Source: an uncultured Methanoregulaceae archaeon
GTDB taxonomy: Archaea > Halobacteriota > Methanomicrobia > Methanomicrobiales > Methanospirillaceae
Assembly: GCA_963705255.1 (NCBI GenBank)
Contig: OY970061.1
Span: 1,344,001-1,408,000 of the forward strand
DNA length: 64,000 nt
Direction: 5' to 3'
Shown here: one piece after another, positions 1 to 9,527 of the stretch
How the letters are laid out: every line of letters begins with the position of its first letter
How positions within the stretch are numbered: position 1 is the first letter of the stretch
The notes under the pieces: generated by a model
Databases searched by the model: none
Told to the model about the DNA's origin: nothing
What the model saw: only the letters and a program-made list of their open reading frames with translations
Made by a program: the position numbers and the translations under genes

Positions 1-2
1 TC

Positions 3-209
3 GTCTGCGAGGATGACGGAGCCGGTATCCCCGCTGACAAGAAAGGAGCCCTCTTCCCTGCCGAGTACGGGCGGCATGTCGGTTACGGCCTCTTCTTCAT
101 CAAGCAGATCCTGTATACCACGGATATCATCATCAAGGAGACCAGCCTGCCCGGGAAAGGGGCACGGTTCGAGATCCATGTCCCAAAAGGGGAATACCGT
201 CGCATCTGA
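3..209 (+). CDS. C-terminal end of a sensor histidine kinase (HATPase_c), truncated by window edge
   Basis: Frame from position 3 reads VCEDDGAGIPADKKGALF...GYGLFFIKQIL...GKGARFEIHVPKG*, with DxGxG and GxGL boxes; not the ORF given in the track. Confidence 0.85.
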   Translation, partial: VCEDDGAGIPADKKGALFPAEYGRHVGYGLFFIKQILYTTDIIIKETSLPGKGARFEIHVPKGEYRRI

Positions 210-319
210 CGGACGATAAAAAATCTTTTTTCCAAACCGGAGACGGGTTCACGACCAGATCCGAAAGATACGTCCGGCTGCCAGCTGCCACCCCCGCATT
301 CGCGGTGCAGGGAATTTCA

Positions 320-991
320 TCAGAGCAACTCGCTCAGCCGGTGGCCGCCGCTGCTCCCGCACCGCTCCCGGTACTTGCAGCGGTTGCAGGGAGCGTTGAG
401 CGGGCGCCCGGGGATCTCCCCGTTATGGATGGACCGGATCCTGTTCAGGGTAGCGATCACCTGCCGCCGGTCGCGGGACTGGACCGCGTGGTACCGCGAG
501 ACCCCGTCCGGGATGTATTCCACGCATCCGCCCTCGACAATCCTGCCGGTCATCTCCTCGAGGCAGAGCGCGAGCGCCGCAACCCGCAGCCGGTCGGCCG
601 CGTAGGTCCCGAACGGCATGGCACCGGCGGCCCGGACGATGGAAAAAGCCCCGTCCTGGGTTATACGGTCGATCATCCCGACGATTCCGTGCTTTGCTGA
701 CACTACCTTCACATCGCATTCCCGCGCAGGTTTCCATTCGGACTTAGTGCACGAGGCGATACAGAAGGCGAGGAATTCGCGGAGAGCCGGATCAACGGTC
801 GGGCGGACAGCGAAAACTTCGCCCCAGATCGCCTCCGGGTCGAGCGGGTTCCCGAGGTGGTACGAGAGCTGCTTGCAGACCGCGTACCGGTCGGACTCCG
901 CGAGCGGGTCGTTGCGTTCATAATAATAGCGGACCGGGCAGGCGTGAACCCGCACCAGGTCCGAGACCGTCACATGTTCCCCATGGGACAT
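320..991 (-). CDS. Solo Cas4/Dna2-like Fe-S protein with degenerate nuclease motifs
   Basis: N-terminal HACPVRYYY, central GIVGMIDRI and C-terminal CxxCxxxxxC (PCNRCKYRERC); no CRISPR array or other cas genes in the window. Confidence 0.8.
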   Translation of the reverse strand: MSHGEHVTVSDLVRVHACPVRYYYERNDPLAESDRYAVCKQLSYHLGNPLDPEAIWGEVFAVRPTVDPALREFLAFCIASCTKSEWKPARECDVKVVSAKHGIVGMIDRITQDGAFSIVRAAGAMPFGTYAADRLRVAALALCLEEMTGRIVEGGCVEYIPDGVSRYHAVQSRDRRQVIATLNRIRSIHNGEIPGRPLNAPCNRCKYRERCGSSGGHRLSELL

Positions 992-1045
992 CGGGATGAT
1001 TCCTCATCCAATCTGGGAAGCGATTCGGGTTATAGTTTTGCTGAA

Positions 1046-1093
1046 CCGAGTGGTTCGTCAGAACCACGAGGTCGAGAAGCCATCAGGCTTCGA
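1046..1093 (+). repeat. Single dispersed twin-hairpin unit (same family as 16348-16673)
   Basis: CCGA-GTGGTTC gtca GAACCAC-GAGGTCGA-GAAGCC atca GGCTTC-GA. Confidence 0.7.
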
Positions 1094-1201
1094 GCGCCGG
1101 ATGGTCTGTTACAACCGCGAGACTCCCCGGGCAGGATCGGATGCCCTTCCCGCGCCCCCAAATATCAACTGTTATCTCGCAGCAGGGCATACCTGATCTC
1201 C

Positions 1202-1495
1202 ATGGCACAACAGGAAATCTCGGTCAATATCCCGCCCACCCTCGACCCGGTCTACAGCAACATGATCCAGATCGCGTACAAAGATGACGAGTTCACGTTC
1301 ATGTTCCTCCACCAGCTCCCGCAGGTGAACCAGGCGCGGGCAAAAGCCATCGTCTCGATCACGCCGTCACATGCCAAGAACCTTCTCGGGGTGCTCACCA
1401 AGACAGTAGCAGACTACGAGGCCAAGTTCGGGACCATCTCCCCGAAGGAGAATGCCGGGAAGGAGAACGTCACTGCGCTGAGCGGGTATTCGTAA
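1202..1495 (+). CDS. DUF3467 family protein
   Basis: MAQQEISVNIP...VYSNMIQIAYKDDEFTFMF...HAKNLLGVL...YEAKFGTI matches the family pattern; start taken at ATG 1202. Confidence 0.8.
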   Translation: MAQQEISVNIPPTLDPVYSNMIQIAYKDDEFTFMFLHQLPQVNQARAKAIVSITPSHAKNLLGVLTKTVADYEAKFGTISPKENAGKENVTALSGYS

Positions 1496-1614
1496 TCCGG
1501 CAGGGAGAACAAAAGAGATTTTTATCAGGTACGTAGGGTATCGCCCCGGCTCCCCCACCGTTTTCCGATACACATATTTTATTAGCGCAGACACCCGATA
1601 TTGTGAGGTATCGC

Positions 1615-1686
1615 GCCGCCGTGGCTTAGCGGTATAGCGGCTGATTCGTAATCAGCAGGTCGGGGGTTCAAGTCCCCCCGGCGGCT
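1615..1686 (+). tRNA. tRNA-Thr(CGT)
   Basis: Acceptor stem GCCGCCG/CGGCGGC, anticodon arm GCTGA-TTCGTAA-TCAGC, T-loop GGTTCAAGTCC. Confidence 0.95.
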
Positions 1687-1789
1687 TCTCTTCTTCTGTT
1701 CAGCTGACAGAAAATATCCTGAGTTGCGCATGTACCCCGGCCGTCACCCTTCGTTATGGTCATCCGGCTCGTGGAGGCACCGGATTGCA

Positions 1790-2827
1790 TCACGAGTACT
1801 TCCGCTCCGATTCGTCCCTCACCGTGCTCATGACCGCGGACATCCCGAAGTACTCGGTCATGCGGCTGCTGACCTCGACTGTTACCGTCGTGCCGTCCTT
1901 CTTCTTCTGGACCGCGTCAAAGAGCAGGTGGCCCCGGGAGAGGAGGACCTGCACCTTTTCCGGCGTCAGCAGGGTTTCGGGGTGCGTGTCCAGGTCGTGG
2001 AGCCTCATCTGCATGAACTCCTTCTTCGTGTAGCCGAGGTACCGGCTGGCGATCACGTTCGTCTCGAAGATCTTGCCGTCGAGGTCATGGAGGAAGATCG
2101 CATCGCTCGCCCCATCAAAGAGCGTGCGGTAGCGGAGCTCGGACTCGATGAGTTCGTCCTTGATCCGTTTCCTTTCCGTGATATCAGCGATCGAACAGTT
2201 GGCCATCCCGTCCTGTATCAGGGATGCCGTAGCAAGCACCCAGATCACGGCCCGGTCCTTCTTTCGCAGGGCGATCTCTGTATCGGCGATCTTCCCGTCC
2301 TGCCGTAATTTTTTCATGAACCTGTTCTCCTGGTCCGCGTCAAACCAGAGCGCCGAGATTTCCAGGTCCTTCATCTCTTCCGGAGAATAGCCGAGAATGC
2401 CAGCAGCCCGTGCATTGGACTCCCGGATCCGCGATGTCTCGGGGCTGAAGGTGAAGATACCGGCCTGCGAGTTCTCAACGATATCCCGGTATTTCTTCTC
2501 CTGCACAAGCTGGCTGGAGAAGGCGGAGATCACGATGCCGAGCGAGACGAAGACGTAAAAGAAGGCGATGCTCGATCCGTAGAGCTGGATGTCTGGCGAC
2601 CCGTACAGGTAGACGATGCCGAGGAATATCCAGCCGAGGAGGACCGTGAAATAGACAGCGTACCGCGGGGAGAAATACGCGATCAGGAAGATGGGAAGGA
2701 TATAGAAATACGGGAAGATACTGTAATAGCCGTTCTTTAAGGAGAAGATGGAGACGAGAATAATCCCCAGCGTAAGCAGTGCCGTGATGGAAAGCCAGAA
2801 TGTGGTCTGCGATGATATGGTCTTCAT
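1790..2827 (-). CDS. Membrane protein with two PAS domains
   Basis: N-terminal hydrophobic helices, PAS S-box signatures (KYRDIVENSQAGIF, DITERK, YRTLFDGASDAIF); no kinase domain. Confidence 0.85.
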   Translation of the reverse strand: MKTISSQTTFWLSITALLTLGIILVSIFSLKNGYYSIFPYFYILPIFLIAYFSPRYAVYFTVLLGWIFLGIVYLYGSPDIQLYGSSIAFFYVFVSLGIVISAFSSQLVQEKKYRDIVENSQAGIFTFSPETSRIRESNARAAGILGYSPEEMKDLEISALWFDADQENRFMKKLRQDGKIADTEIALRKKDRAVIWVLATASLIQDGMANCSIADITERKRIKDELIESELRYRTLFDGASDAIFLHDLDGKIFETNVIASRYLGYTKKEFMQMRLHDLDTHPETLLTPEKVQVLLSRGHLLFDAVQKKKDGTTVTVEVSSRMTEYFGMSAVMSTVRDESERKYS

Positions 2828-2935
2828 GTCCTGATCAGCTCGTGCTTCCTGATGCGTTGTTGAACATGGTTCCGGAGATTTATTAAATATTGTTTTGAGA
2901 CTGCGATATCTTTTTCTGGATCCGGCATTTCGGGT

Positions 2936-3592
2936 TCATGACTGCCGTTTCCGGTCAGCGTCCCCCGCCCGTTTCCTCCCCTCGATGAGGGACGCAAGCC
3001 TGCGGGCTGCCGCGGTGATATCCGGCTGGGCCACCACCGCGGAGATCACGGCAACCCCGTCGGCGCCGGCATCAATTACGTCACAGACATTCTCCGGGCC
3101 GATGCCCCCGATAGCCAGAACGGGGACCGTTACATTCATGCGGATCTCCCTGATCAGGGCGGGGGCGAGCCCGGGCCCCGCGTCATATTTCGAACCCGTG
3201 GAAAAGACCGGGCTGATGACCACATAGTCCGCCCCTTCCTCTTCGGCTGAGACTGCCTCCTCAACGCTCCTGACCGAGACCCCGATGACGAACCCGGGCG
3301 GGGCGATCTGCCGTGCGACACCGGGCCGGAGATCCCCCTGGCCGAGGTGGACACCGTCTGCCCCGCAGGCAAGGGCGACATCAAGCCGGTCGTTTACGAT
3401 GAACCCGGTACCAGCAGGGCCGGTTACGGAAAGGATCCGCCTCCCGATACGGACGAGGTCCCGGCAGCTGAGGGACTTGTCCCGGAGCTGGATAACATCG
3501 GCACCCCCACGGACTGCCCGTTCCGCGATGACCTCGTGCGGGAGTCCGCCGGACAGGGCCTCGTCCGTGATCACGTACAGCTCGTATTTCAT
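2936..3592 (-). CDS. thiE: Thiamine-phosphate synthase
   Basis: LYVITD, IQLRDK, IVNDRLDVALA, GVHLGQGD, AIGGI motifs. Confidence 0.95.
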   Translation of the reverse strand: MKYELYVITDEALSGGLPHEVIAERAVRGGADVIQLRDKSLSCRDLVRIGRRILSVTGPAGTGFIVNDRLDVALACGADGVHLGQGDLRPGVARQIAPPGFVIGVSVRSVEEAVSAEEEGADYVVISPVFSTGSKYDAGPGLAPALIREIRMNVTVPVLAIGGIGPENVCDVIDAGADGVAVISAVVAQPDITAAARRLASLIEGRKRAGDADRKRQS

Positions 3593-3601
3593 AAAGGGGA
3601 C

Positions 3602-4402
3602 TCAGGGTGACCGGATGCGTGTACAGGACGAGAGGTCCGCGGGGACGAGGGCTGCAAGCTCGTCGAAGAGGGCCTGCTTGAACGAACCGGGCCCGCAGGA
3701 TGCGGCAGCCGCCCGTTCCCCGGCAATACCGAACGCGGCGAAAGCGGCAACTGACGCGGCGAGAGTGTCACGGGATACAGCGGCAAATGTCCCGGTCACG
3801 GACGCTGCCATGCAGCCGGTACCTGAGATTCTGCCCATCATCGGGTGGCCGTTGTCCACGAGGATGACACGCCGCCCGTTGGTCACGATATCGGTGGCCC
3901 CGCTCACTGCTACCGTAATCCCAAGGGACCTGGCCAAGTCTTTGGCAACGGCGACCGGATCGCCCTCGAGGCCGTGGGAGTCGACCCCCCTGACCCTCCC
4001 TTCCGCCCCCGCGATAACACCGATCTCGCCGGCATTGCCTTTGAGGACCGCGACCTCCAGTTCGTCGAGCAGGCGCCGGGCGCACGCTGTCCTCATCCGG
4101 GTGGCGCCGGCCCCGACCGGGTCGAGGATGACCGGGATCTCCCGCTCGTTTGCCATCCGGCCGGCAAGGAGCATGGACCCGATCTGGGCCGTGTTGAGGG
4201 TCCCGATATTCAGGACGAGCGCCCCTGCGACAGCCGCCATCTCCTCCACCTCTTCCGGTGCATCGGCCATGACCGGGGCACCGCCAGCGCAGAGCGTGAT
4301 ATTGGCGCAGTCATTCACAGTCACGTAGTTGGTGATATGGTGCACGAGAGGCCGTCTCTCACGAACAAGGGCGAAGATATCGGCGAGGTGTTTTGGTTTC
4401 AT
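3602..4402 (-). CDS. thiM: Hydroxyethylthiazole kinase
   Basis: [37 protein letters not shown]. Confidence 0.95.
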   Translation of the reverse strand: MKPKHLADIFALVRERRPLVHHITNYVTVNDCANITLCAGGAPVMADAPEEVEEMAAVAGALVLNIGTLNTAQIGSMLLAGRMANEREIPVILDPVGAGATRMRTACARRLLDELEVAVLKGNAGEIGVIAGAEGRVRGVDSHGLEGDPVAVAKDLARSLGITVAVSGATDIVTNGRRVILVDNGHPMMGRISGTGCMAASVTGTFAAVSRDTLAASVAAFAAFGIAGERAAAASCGPGSFKQALFDELAALVPADLSSCTRIRSP

Positions 4403-4536
4403 GGAAGGTCACTCAAAGACCGGGAGCAGGACTGCCCCCTTGTGGTACCAGAACTATATCGGTCTGTTCCTATAAATCATGATAATAACGTCTCTGCCCG
4501 GAGGGGGCAACGGTAGTGAAAAGGACTGAACGGGGA

Positions 4537-7176
4537 CTACCTGACGATCTCTTCCATGGTCGCAAGGAATAGGTCCGCCTCCTCGGCCGTGTTGTACGGC
4601 CCGAGGCTGACCCTGACCGTCCCGTCCGGGAGGCCGAGCCGCTCCATCAGGGGGATGCAGCAGTGGTGCCCGGACCTCACCATGATATCGGCCGTCTCGT
4701 CAAGGCGCTGGGCCACCTCGTGCGGATGGAACCCGTCGACAACAAAGGAGATGACCCCGACCCGGCGGTCCGCCGGTTCTGTGATATAGAGATGAACCCG
4801 GGAGATCCCGCGGAGACCTTCAATGATCCGGGTGGCCAGGGCCTGCTCATGCCTCCGGATCTTGTCCATCCCGATCGCCTGGAGGTAATCCACCGCTACC
4901 CCGAGGCCGATCCCCCCGGCAATGTTGCCGGTCCCGGCTTCATACCGCTGGTACCCTTCGGACAGCACGAACTCCCTGCCTTTCACCGTCTCGACCCCGC
5001 CCCCGCCGAGCAGCAGGGGTTCGATGAGCGGTTCCTTCATCCAGAGGACGCCGGTACCGGTCGGGCCGAGCATCTTGTGGCCGGAGAATGCGCAGAAATC
5101 GCAGCCGATCCCGGATACATCGACCGGCATGTGCGGGACGGTCTGGGCCATATCGGCAAGCAGGAGAACTCCGTGGTCCCGGCAGATCTTCGCAATTTCG
5201 GCAAGGGGGGTTATCACGCCCAGCACGTTGGACGCGTGGGTAACGGCAGCGAGTTTTGTCGCCGGGGTGATGGCTGCTTCGAATTCGGACAGGTCGATGG
5301 AGTAGTCGTCTCGTATCCCCACGACATCGACACCCACTCCCCGTTTGGCAAGGTTATACCATGGCAGGAGGTTCGAGTGGTGCTCAAGGATGGTGGTGAC
5401 CACCCGGTCTCCCGCTTTCCAGGGAAGGCCGTAGGCGACCATGTTGATCGACTCGGTGGTGTTTTTCGTAAAGACCGTAACCCCGCTCTTTCCCCCGATG
5501 AACCCGGCAACCTTCTCGTGGGCATGCCAGTAGCGCTGCGATGCGATCTGGGTGAGGCGGTGGACGCCGCGCCCGACATTTGCCCGGTAGTTGTGTTCGA
5601 ACTCCACGAGCGACTGTATCACGGGCTCAGGGGAGAGGCTGGTGGCTGCATTGTCAAAATAGACGATCTCGGAAACGAGCGGGAAGTCTTTCCGGATTTC
5701 CTGTACGGCATAGTCCTGCCCGGACTGCTCTGTCATCTTCCTGTCCATTCTTCTCTCTCCTGAAATATCAACCATTTCATGCTTCTTTTCTCCCTGCGGC
5801 ACTCCGCGGAGGGTATAGTCGTCGTTGACCGCGACGCCTTTTCTGGCGCAGAGCTCCCGCATCTTGGGGGGAAGGGCCTTCCACCGCCAGAGCCCCCAGC
5901 GACAGTAGGCTTCCGGGAAGCTCTTCTTCTCCGCCCATCTTTCGACAAATGCATCCCAGCGGCGGGCAAACTCCGGGTGCATGACCCGCAGCATCTCGTA
6001 CTCGCTCTCGAGCATGGCAGGGCAGAGGAAACACCCGATTCGTTCGATCCCCTGTTCGTAGAGCGGGTTCATCTCCGCCTTCTGCCACCAGAGGTACAGG
6101 AATACTTCGAGGGCCCGCCAGTTCCGGATCGGCGAGATGTTGAGCTGCAGCGGGTTGTCGGGGTTCTGGCTCGCCTCCTCGAGGCCGGCCCGGTTCCATG
6201 ACTCGTACCAGCGGTTCCCCTGCACGGTGGCACAAGGACCGATCTCCGCGAGGTAGAGCTTGAGGGGGCGGAGCTTCTGGAACTTGCAGCACCAGCGGTT
6301 GTCCTTTCCCGGCGGTCCCGCCTTCTCCACGGCCTGCCAGAAGTCACCGCCCTTTTCGATAACCTCCACTCCCTGCGATCGGACAAATTCCAGCGTTTCG
6401 GGGAACTCCAGAGTGGTATCTATGAAAAATGCTTTGGTGACTCCGGCTTTCCGGGCGAGGTGGAGGACCGCGGTGCTGTCCTTGCCACCGGAGAACGAGA
6501 CGTTGACCGTAGGGCGGTCGCTCATGTGCTGCCGGATGGTCCGGATGGCATTCCGTTCCAGGTTTTTTAAGTGGTAGCGGTTCTTCTCAATGACCTCATC
6601 CCAGCCGGGATCCGGCAGGGTGCGGGTGACAACAGGGTTGAGCTCCCTGACCTTGACGGTCCGGTCCCTCACCATGCCTGTCCCGTACCGGTTTTTATAT
6701 TTCACGACCACTGACCCGTCCGGAAGAGAGGCTTTGAGCGGGATCCGTTTTCCCCCGACCCGGCCCGGTTCCCTCCGTATGTCGGTACAGAGGTCGAGGT
6801 CCACGATCCCCTTCGTGACATGCGGGAGGATGAACGGGAGTGCTTCCGCTGCAACATCAAGGCTGAACTTCCGCGCAACCGGATCGAAGGTGAGCCGCCC
6901 GAACGGTTCGCCGTTCATGATCACGAGGTCTGCACGGTCGGTCCCGCCGGTCTTGTTCAGGAGGATGACCCGTGAGAGCGGCACGTCACCGAACTGCTCC
7001 TGCACGAGGTCCCGGATCAGGGCGCTGTCCGCGGAAAGGGCCGGGCGGAGATCATAGGGCTGCAGGAGCTCGATCTTCTTTCCCACGTTCCCGCACGCAC
7101 AGCTCTTTGCGATCAGGGGGACATTGCAGTGTTCACACCAGTAGAGGATCTTTTTTACCGGCGGCTCGCGCATCAC
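4537..7176 (-). CDS. PAPS-reductase-like (PP-loop, Fe-S) domain fused to SufS-type cysteine desulfurase
   Basis: N-terminal Zn-ribbon CxxC..CxC, SFSGGKDS, RWCC, RIGCFLCP; then YFDNAATS, FSGHKMLGPTG, RSGHHC. Confidence 0.9.
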   Translation of the reverse strand: MMREPPVKKILYWCEHCNVPLIAKSCACGNVGKKIELLQPYDLRPALSADSALIRDLVQEQFGDVPLSRVILLNKTGGTDRADLVIMNGEPFGRLTFDPVARKFSLDVAAEALPFILPHVTKGIVDLDLCTDIRREPGRVGGKRIPLKASLPDGSVVVKYKNRYGTGMVRDRTVKVRELNPVVTRTLPDPGWDEVIEKNRYHLKNLERNAIRTIRQHMSDRPTVNVSFSGGKDSTAVLHLARKAGVTKAFFIDTTLEFPETLEFVRSQGVEVIEKGGDFWQAVEKAGPPGKDNRWCCKFQKLRPLKLYLAEIGPCATVQGNRWYESWNRAGLEEASQNPDNPLQLNISPIRNWRALEVFLYLWWQKAEMNPLYEQGIERIGCFLCPAMLESEYEMLRVMHPEFARRWDAFVERWAEKKSFPEAYCRWGLWRWKALPPKMRELCARKGVAVNDDYTLRGVPQGEKKHEMVDISGERRMDRKMTEQSGQDYAVQEIRKDFPLVSEIVYFDNAATSLSPEPVIQSLVEFEHNYRANVGRGVHRLTQIASQRYWHAHEKVAGFIGGKSGVTVFTKNTTESINMVAYGLPWKAGDRVVTTILEHHSNLLPWYNLAKRGVGVDVVGIRDDYSIDLSEFEAAITPATKLAAVTHASNVLGVITPLAEIAKICRDHGVLLLADMAQTVPHMPVDVSGIGCDFCAFSGHKMLGPTGTGVLWMKEPLIEPLLLGGGGVETVKGREFVLSEGYQRYEAGTGNIAGGIGLGVAVDYLQAIGMDKIRRHEQALATRIIEGLRGISRVHLYITEPADRRVGVISFVVDGFHPHEVAQRLDETADIMVRSGHHCCIPLMERLGLPDGTVRVSLGPYNTAEEADLFLATMEEIVR

Positions 7177-7398
7177 ACAGACAGATGGATCTGATCAGGA
7201 GATAAGAGAAGCGATCGGGGGAAGTATGCGGGTGACCGCAAGGGGTGTAAACATCTTTTGTAAAACCTCACCGTTGCGGGCACGGGCCTGTTGCTCCCGG
7301 GAAATACAGGCGGTTCCTGCTGCCGGGAGAAAAGGACGGTTGTATCAACAGCAAAGTATATACGAATGCAATCCTGACGGAAAGATGGTGAAGGTACC

Positions 7399-7803
7399 AT
7401 GGTGAAGCTAACCGCAGAACTGAAAGAGGCAATCTCCAAGATGAAAGTTTTCCCCGTCGCGACCGCGACCAAGGACGGGACGCCGAACGTGATCCCTATA
7501 GCTGTCGTCGAGCTCGTGGACGACGAGACCCTCTGGATCACCGACAATTTCATGAACAAGACCCTCTCGAACTTACGGACCAACCCCAAGATCGCCCTGT
7601 ATGTCTGGGGGCCCGAGATCAAGGGGTGCTTCCAGATCAAGGGAGTGGCATCCATCAGGACAAGCGGGCCGGACTATGAATCGATGAAGGACAAGATCAA
7701 CAAGAAGAACCCGGCCCTGCCCGCCCGCTCGCTGGTCATCGTGAAGATCACGGAAGTCTTCGAGTGCAAGCCCGGCCCGACTGCCGGAGCAAAAATTCTC
7801 TGA
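7399..7803 (+). CDS. Pyridoxamine 5'-phosphate oxidase-like FMN-binding protein
   Basis: VATATKDGTPNV, KTLSNLRTNPKIAL, FQIKG. Confidence 0.85.
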   Translation: MVKLTAELKEAISKMKVFPVATATKDGTPNVIPIAVVELVDDETLWITDNFMNKTLSNLRTNPKIALYVWGPEIKGCFQIKGVASIRTSGPDYESMKDKINKKNPALPARSLVIVKITEVFECKPGPTAGAKIL

Positions 7804-8035
7804 CCGGATTTACCCGGTGCCGGGATCCGGCAGCAGTTTCAGGTTACCGGGCGGTTTCTTCCCGGTCCTGCTGCCGGAGGACAGGTCTTCATTTCCATTT
7901 TTTGATACCGGCATTAACGGCGGTCACGTGAGGTGCGGTCCTGCCATTGCCGGGATACGAACTGCGACTCGTTGCGTGAAGTTCCGACCATAAACCTGAA
8001 AATCCCGCAGGACGCATATCTCCCGGAGAGACCCC

Positions 8036-8758
8036 ATGGAACCTGACGGCCGGATCAAAACCCTTGCGGAATCGCTTGGTGCGGATTACTACGGGATTGC
8101 CGACCTGACCGACGCGCATGACGTTATCCTGATGCAGGGCGGCAGCCGGGTGGCACACTACCCCCGTGCCGTGGCCATGGGTGTCAGGCTTCTGGACACC
8201 CTCGTCGATCTCCTTCCCGATCGGAACGACGACGCCGGTGCGATGCTGTACCGTCACCACGCCTATGATGTGGTCAACCAGGCCCTCGACCAGATGGCAC
8301 TTCAGGTCGCAAACGCCATCCAGCGGGAAGGGTTCCGGGCCTTCCCTGTCCCGGCTTCGAAACGGACAAGCGACGAACAGATTGCCGGCATATTCTCCCA
8401 GAAACTCGCTGCAAACCTGGCCGGACTCGGGTGGATCGGGAAGAGCTGCCTGCTCGTGACTCCTGACCATGGCCCGAGGGTCCGCTGGGTCTCGGTCCTC
8501 ACCGATGCCCCGCTGGCGCCCTCCGGACTGCCCATGGAACCCCGGTGCGGAAGATGCACTGCCTGCGTGGATATCTGCCCGGTACATGCATTCACTGGCA
8601 GGCCGTTCTCCCGGGACGAACCCCGCGAAGCACGGTTCGATGCGAGGGCATGCGACCAGTACTTCAGGGAACTGGAACGATCGGGGCTCCCGCCGGTCTG
8701 CGGCCTCTGTCTCTATGTCTGTCCCTATGGGCGGACGCCGGAACAACAGGGTACATGA
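8036..8758 (+). CDS. QueG/reductive-dehalogenase-like 4Fe-4S protein
   Basis: AGLGWIGKS, GPRVR, CGRCTACVDICP and CGLCLYVCP. Confidence 0.85.
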   Translation: MEPDGRIKTLAESLGADYYGIADLTDAHDVILMQGGSRVAHYPRAVAMGVRLLDTLVDLLPDRNDDAGAMLYRHHAYDVVNQALDQMALQVANAIQREGFRAFPVPASKRTSDEQIAGIFSQKLAANLAGLGWIGKSCLLVTPDHGPRVRWVSVLTDAPLAPSGLPMEPRCGRCTACVDICPVHAFTGRPFSRDEPREARFDARACDQYFRELERSGLPPVCGLCLYVCPYGRTPEQQGT

Positions 8759-8874
8759 CCGGATCTCTTTTGCCCGCGAAGAAGGCAGGTATTCCTGATG
8801 CGAATGGCCGCAGGTGATCGGCAGGGAGAGGGACGGAAGAGGGCGGGAAAAGATACCGGCTCCCTTCAGGATGA

Positions 8875-9402
8875 TTACAGGGGCACCTGGTCAGGCCCCA
8901 GGAGTGTCTCCGATGTGGCAACCCACCAGTCGGCGCCATTGTTGTACTGGTGGATGGTCGAGTATCTCATGCCATCGAGTATGACAAAATTTGCCGGGTA
9001 CTGGCCCTGGTAGACGGGCGACGGGAAGATATTATAGGGTTTTAACGTCACATTGGACCCGCCCATACCCCCGGCAGCGAACCGGTATTCCATGCCGTCG
9101 GAATACCGGATCACGATTTCGACGGAACTGTACACCCCGTTCACCACCTCGATATTCCCGGGATATTCAAAGGTGTAACCCGTGCCCGGGTTGAAACCGG
9201 CACCCCGTGACTGGATGACTGCAAGTTCCGTGGGGGCTACGGTTGTGATAACCACGGGAGCAGGGAGCGGAGTGATGGGAAGGGCGGCAGGGATTGTTTC
9301 AGCCGGGTTTACCTGGCCGGGAGTGGGGGACCCGGCACACCCGGCAGCGAAGGAAAATCCGAGAATGAGAACCAAAAAAATCCAGATTTCACTTCTTTCC
9401 AT
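8875..9402 (-). CDS. Putative lipoprotein, function unknown
   Basis: Signal peptide ending in AAGC lipobox, then a Pro/Thr-rich linker. Confidence 0.7.
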   Translation of the reverse strand: MERSEIWIFLVLILGFSFAAGCAGSPTPGQVNPAETIPAALPITPLPAPVVITTVAPTELAVIQSRGAGFNPGTGYTFEYPGNIEVVNGVYSSVEIVIRYSDGMEYRFAAGGMGGSNVTLKPYNIFPSPVYQGQYPANFVILDGMRYSTIHQYNNGADWWVATSETLLGPDQVPL

Positions 9403-9527
9403 ACTTAAAATTCATCACATCGGTAATTGAATATTCCCATGATCCCACAATGATGGGCTCCGGGTACATCCGAAGGGAAACTACCAGCGTTTTATGTATC
9501 CCCGCGCACAGCAGGATACGCCCGGGA

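Noticed and set aside
4403-4536. TPP riboswitch upstream of thiM
   Set aside because: No CUGAGA/ACCUGA core is present; only an AT-rich near-palindrome (TATAAATCATGATAATAA), too weak to call.
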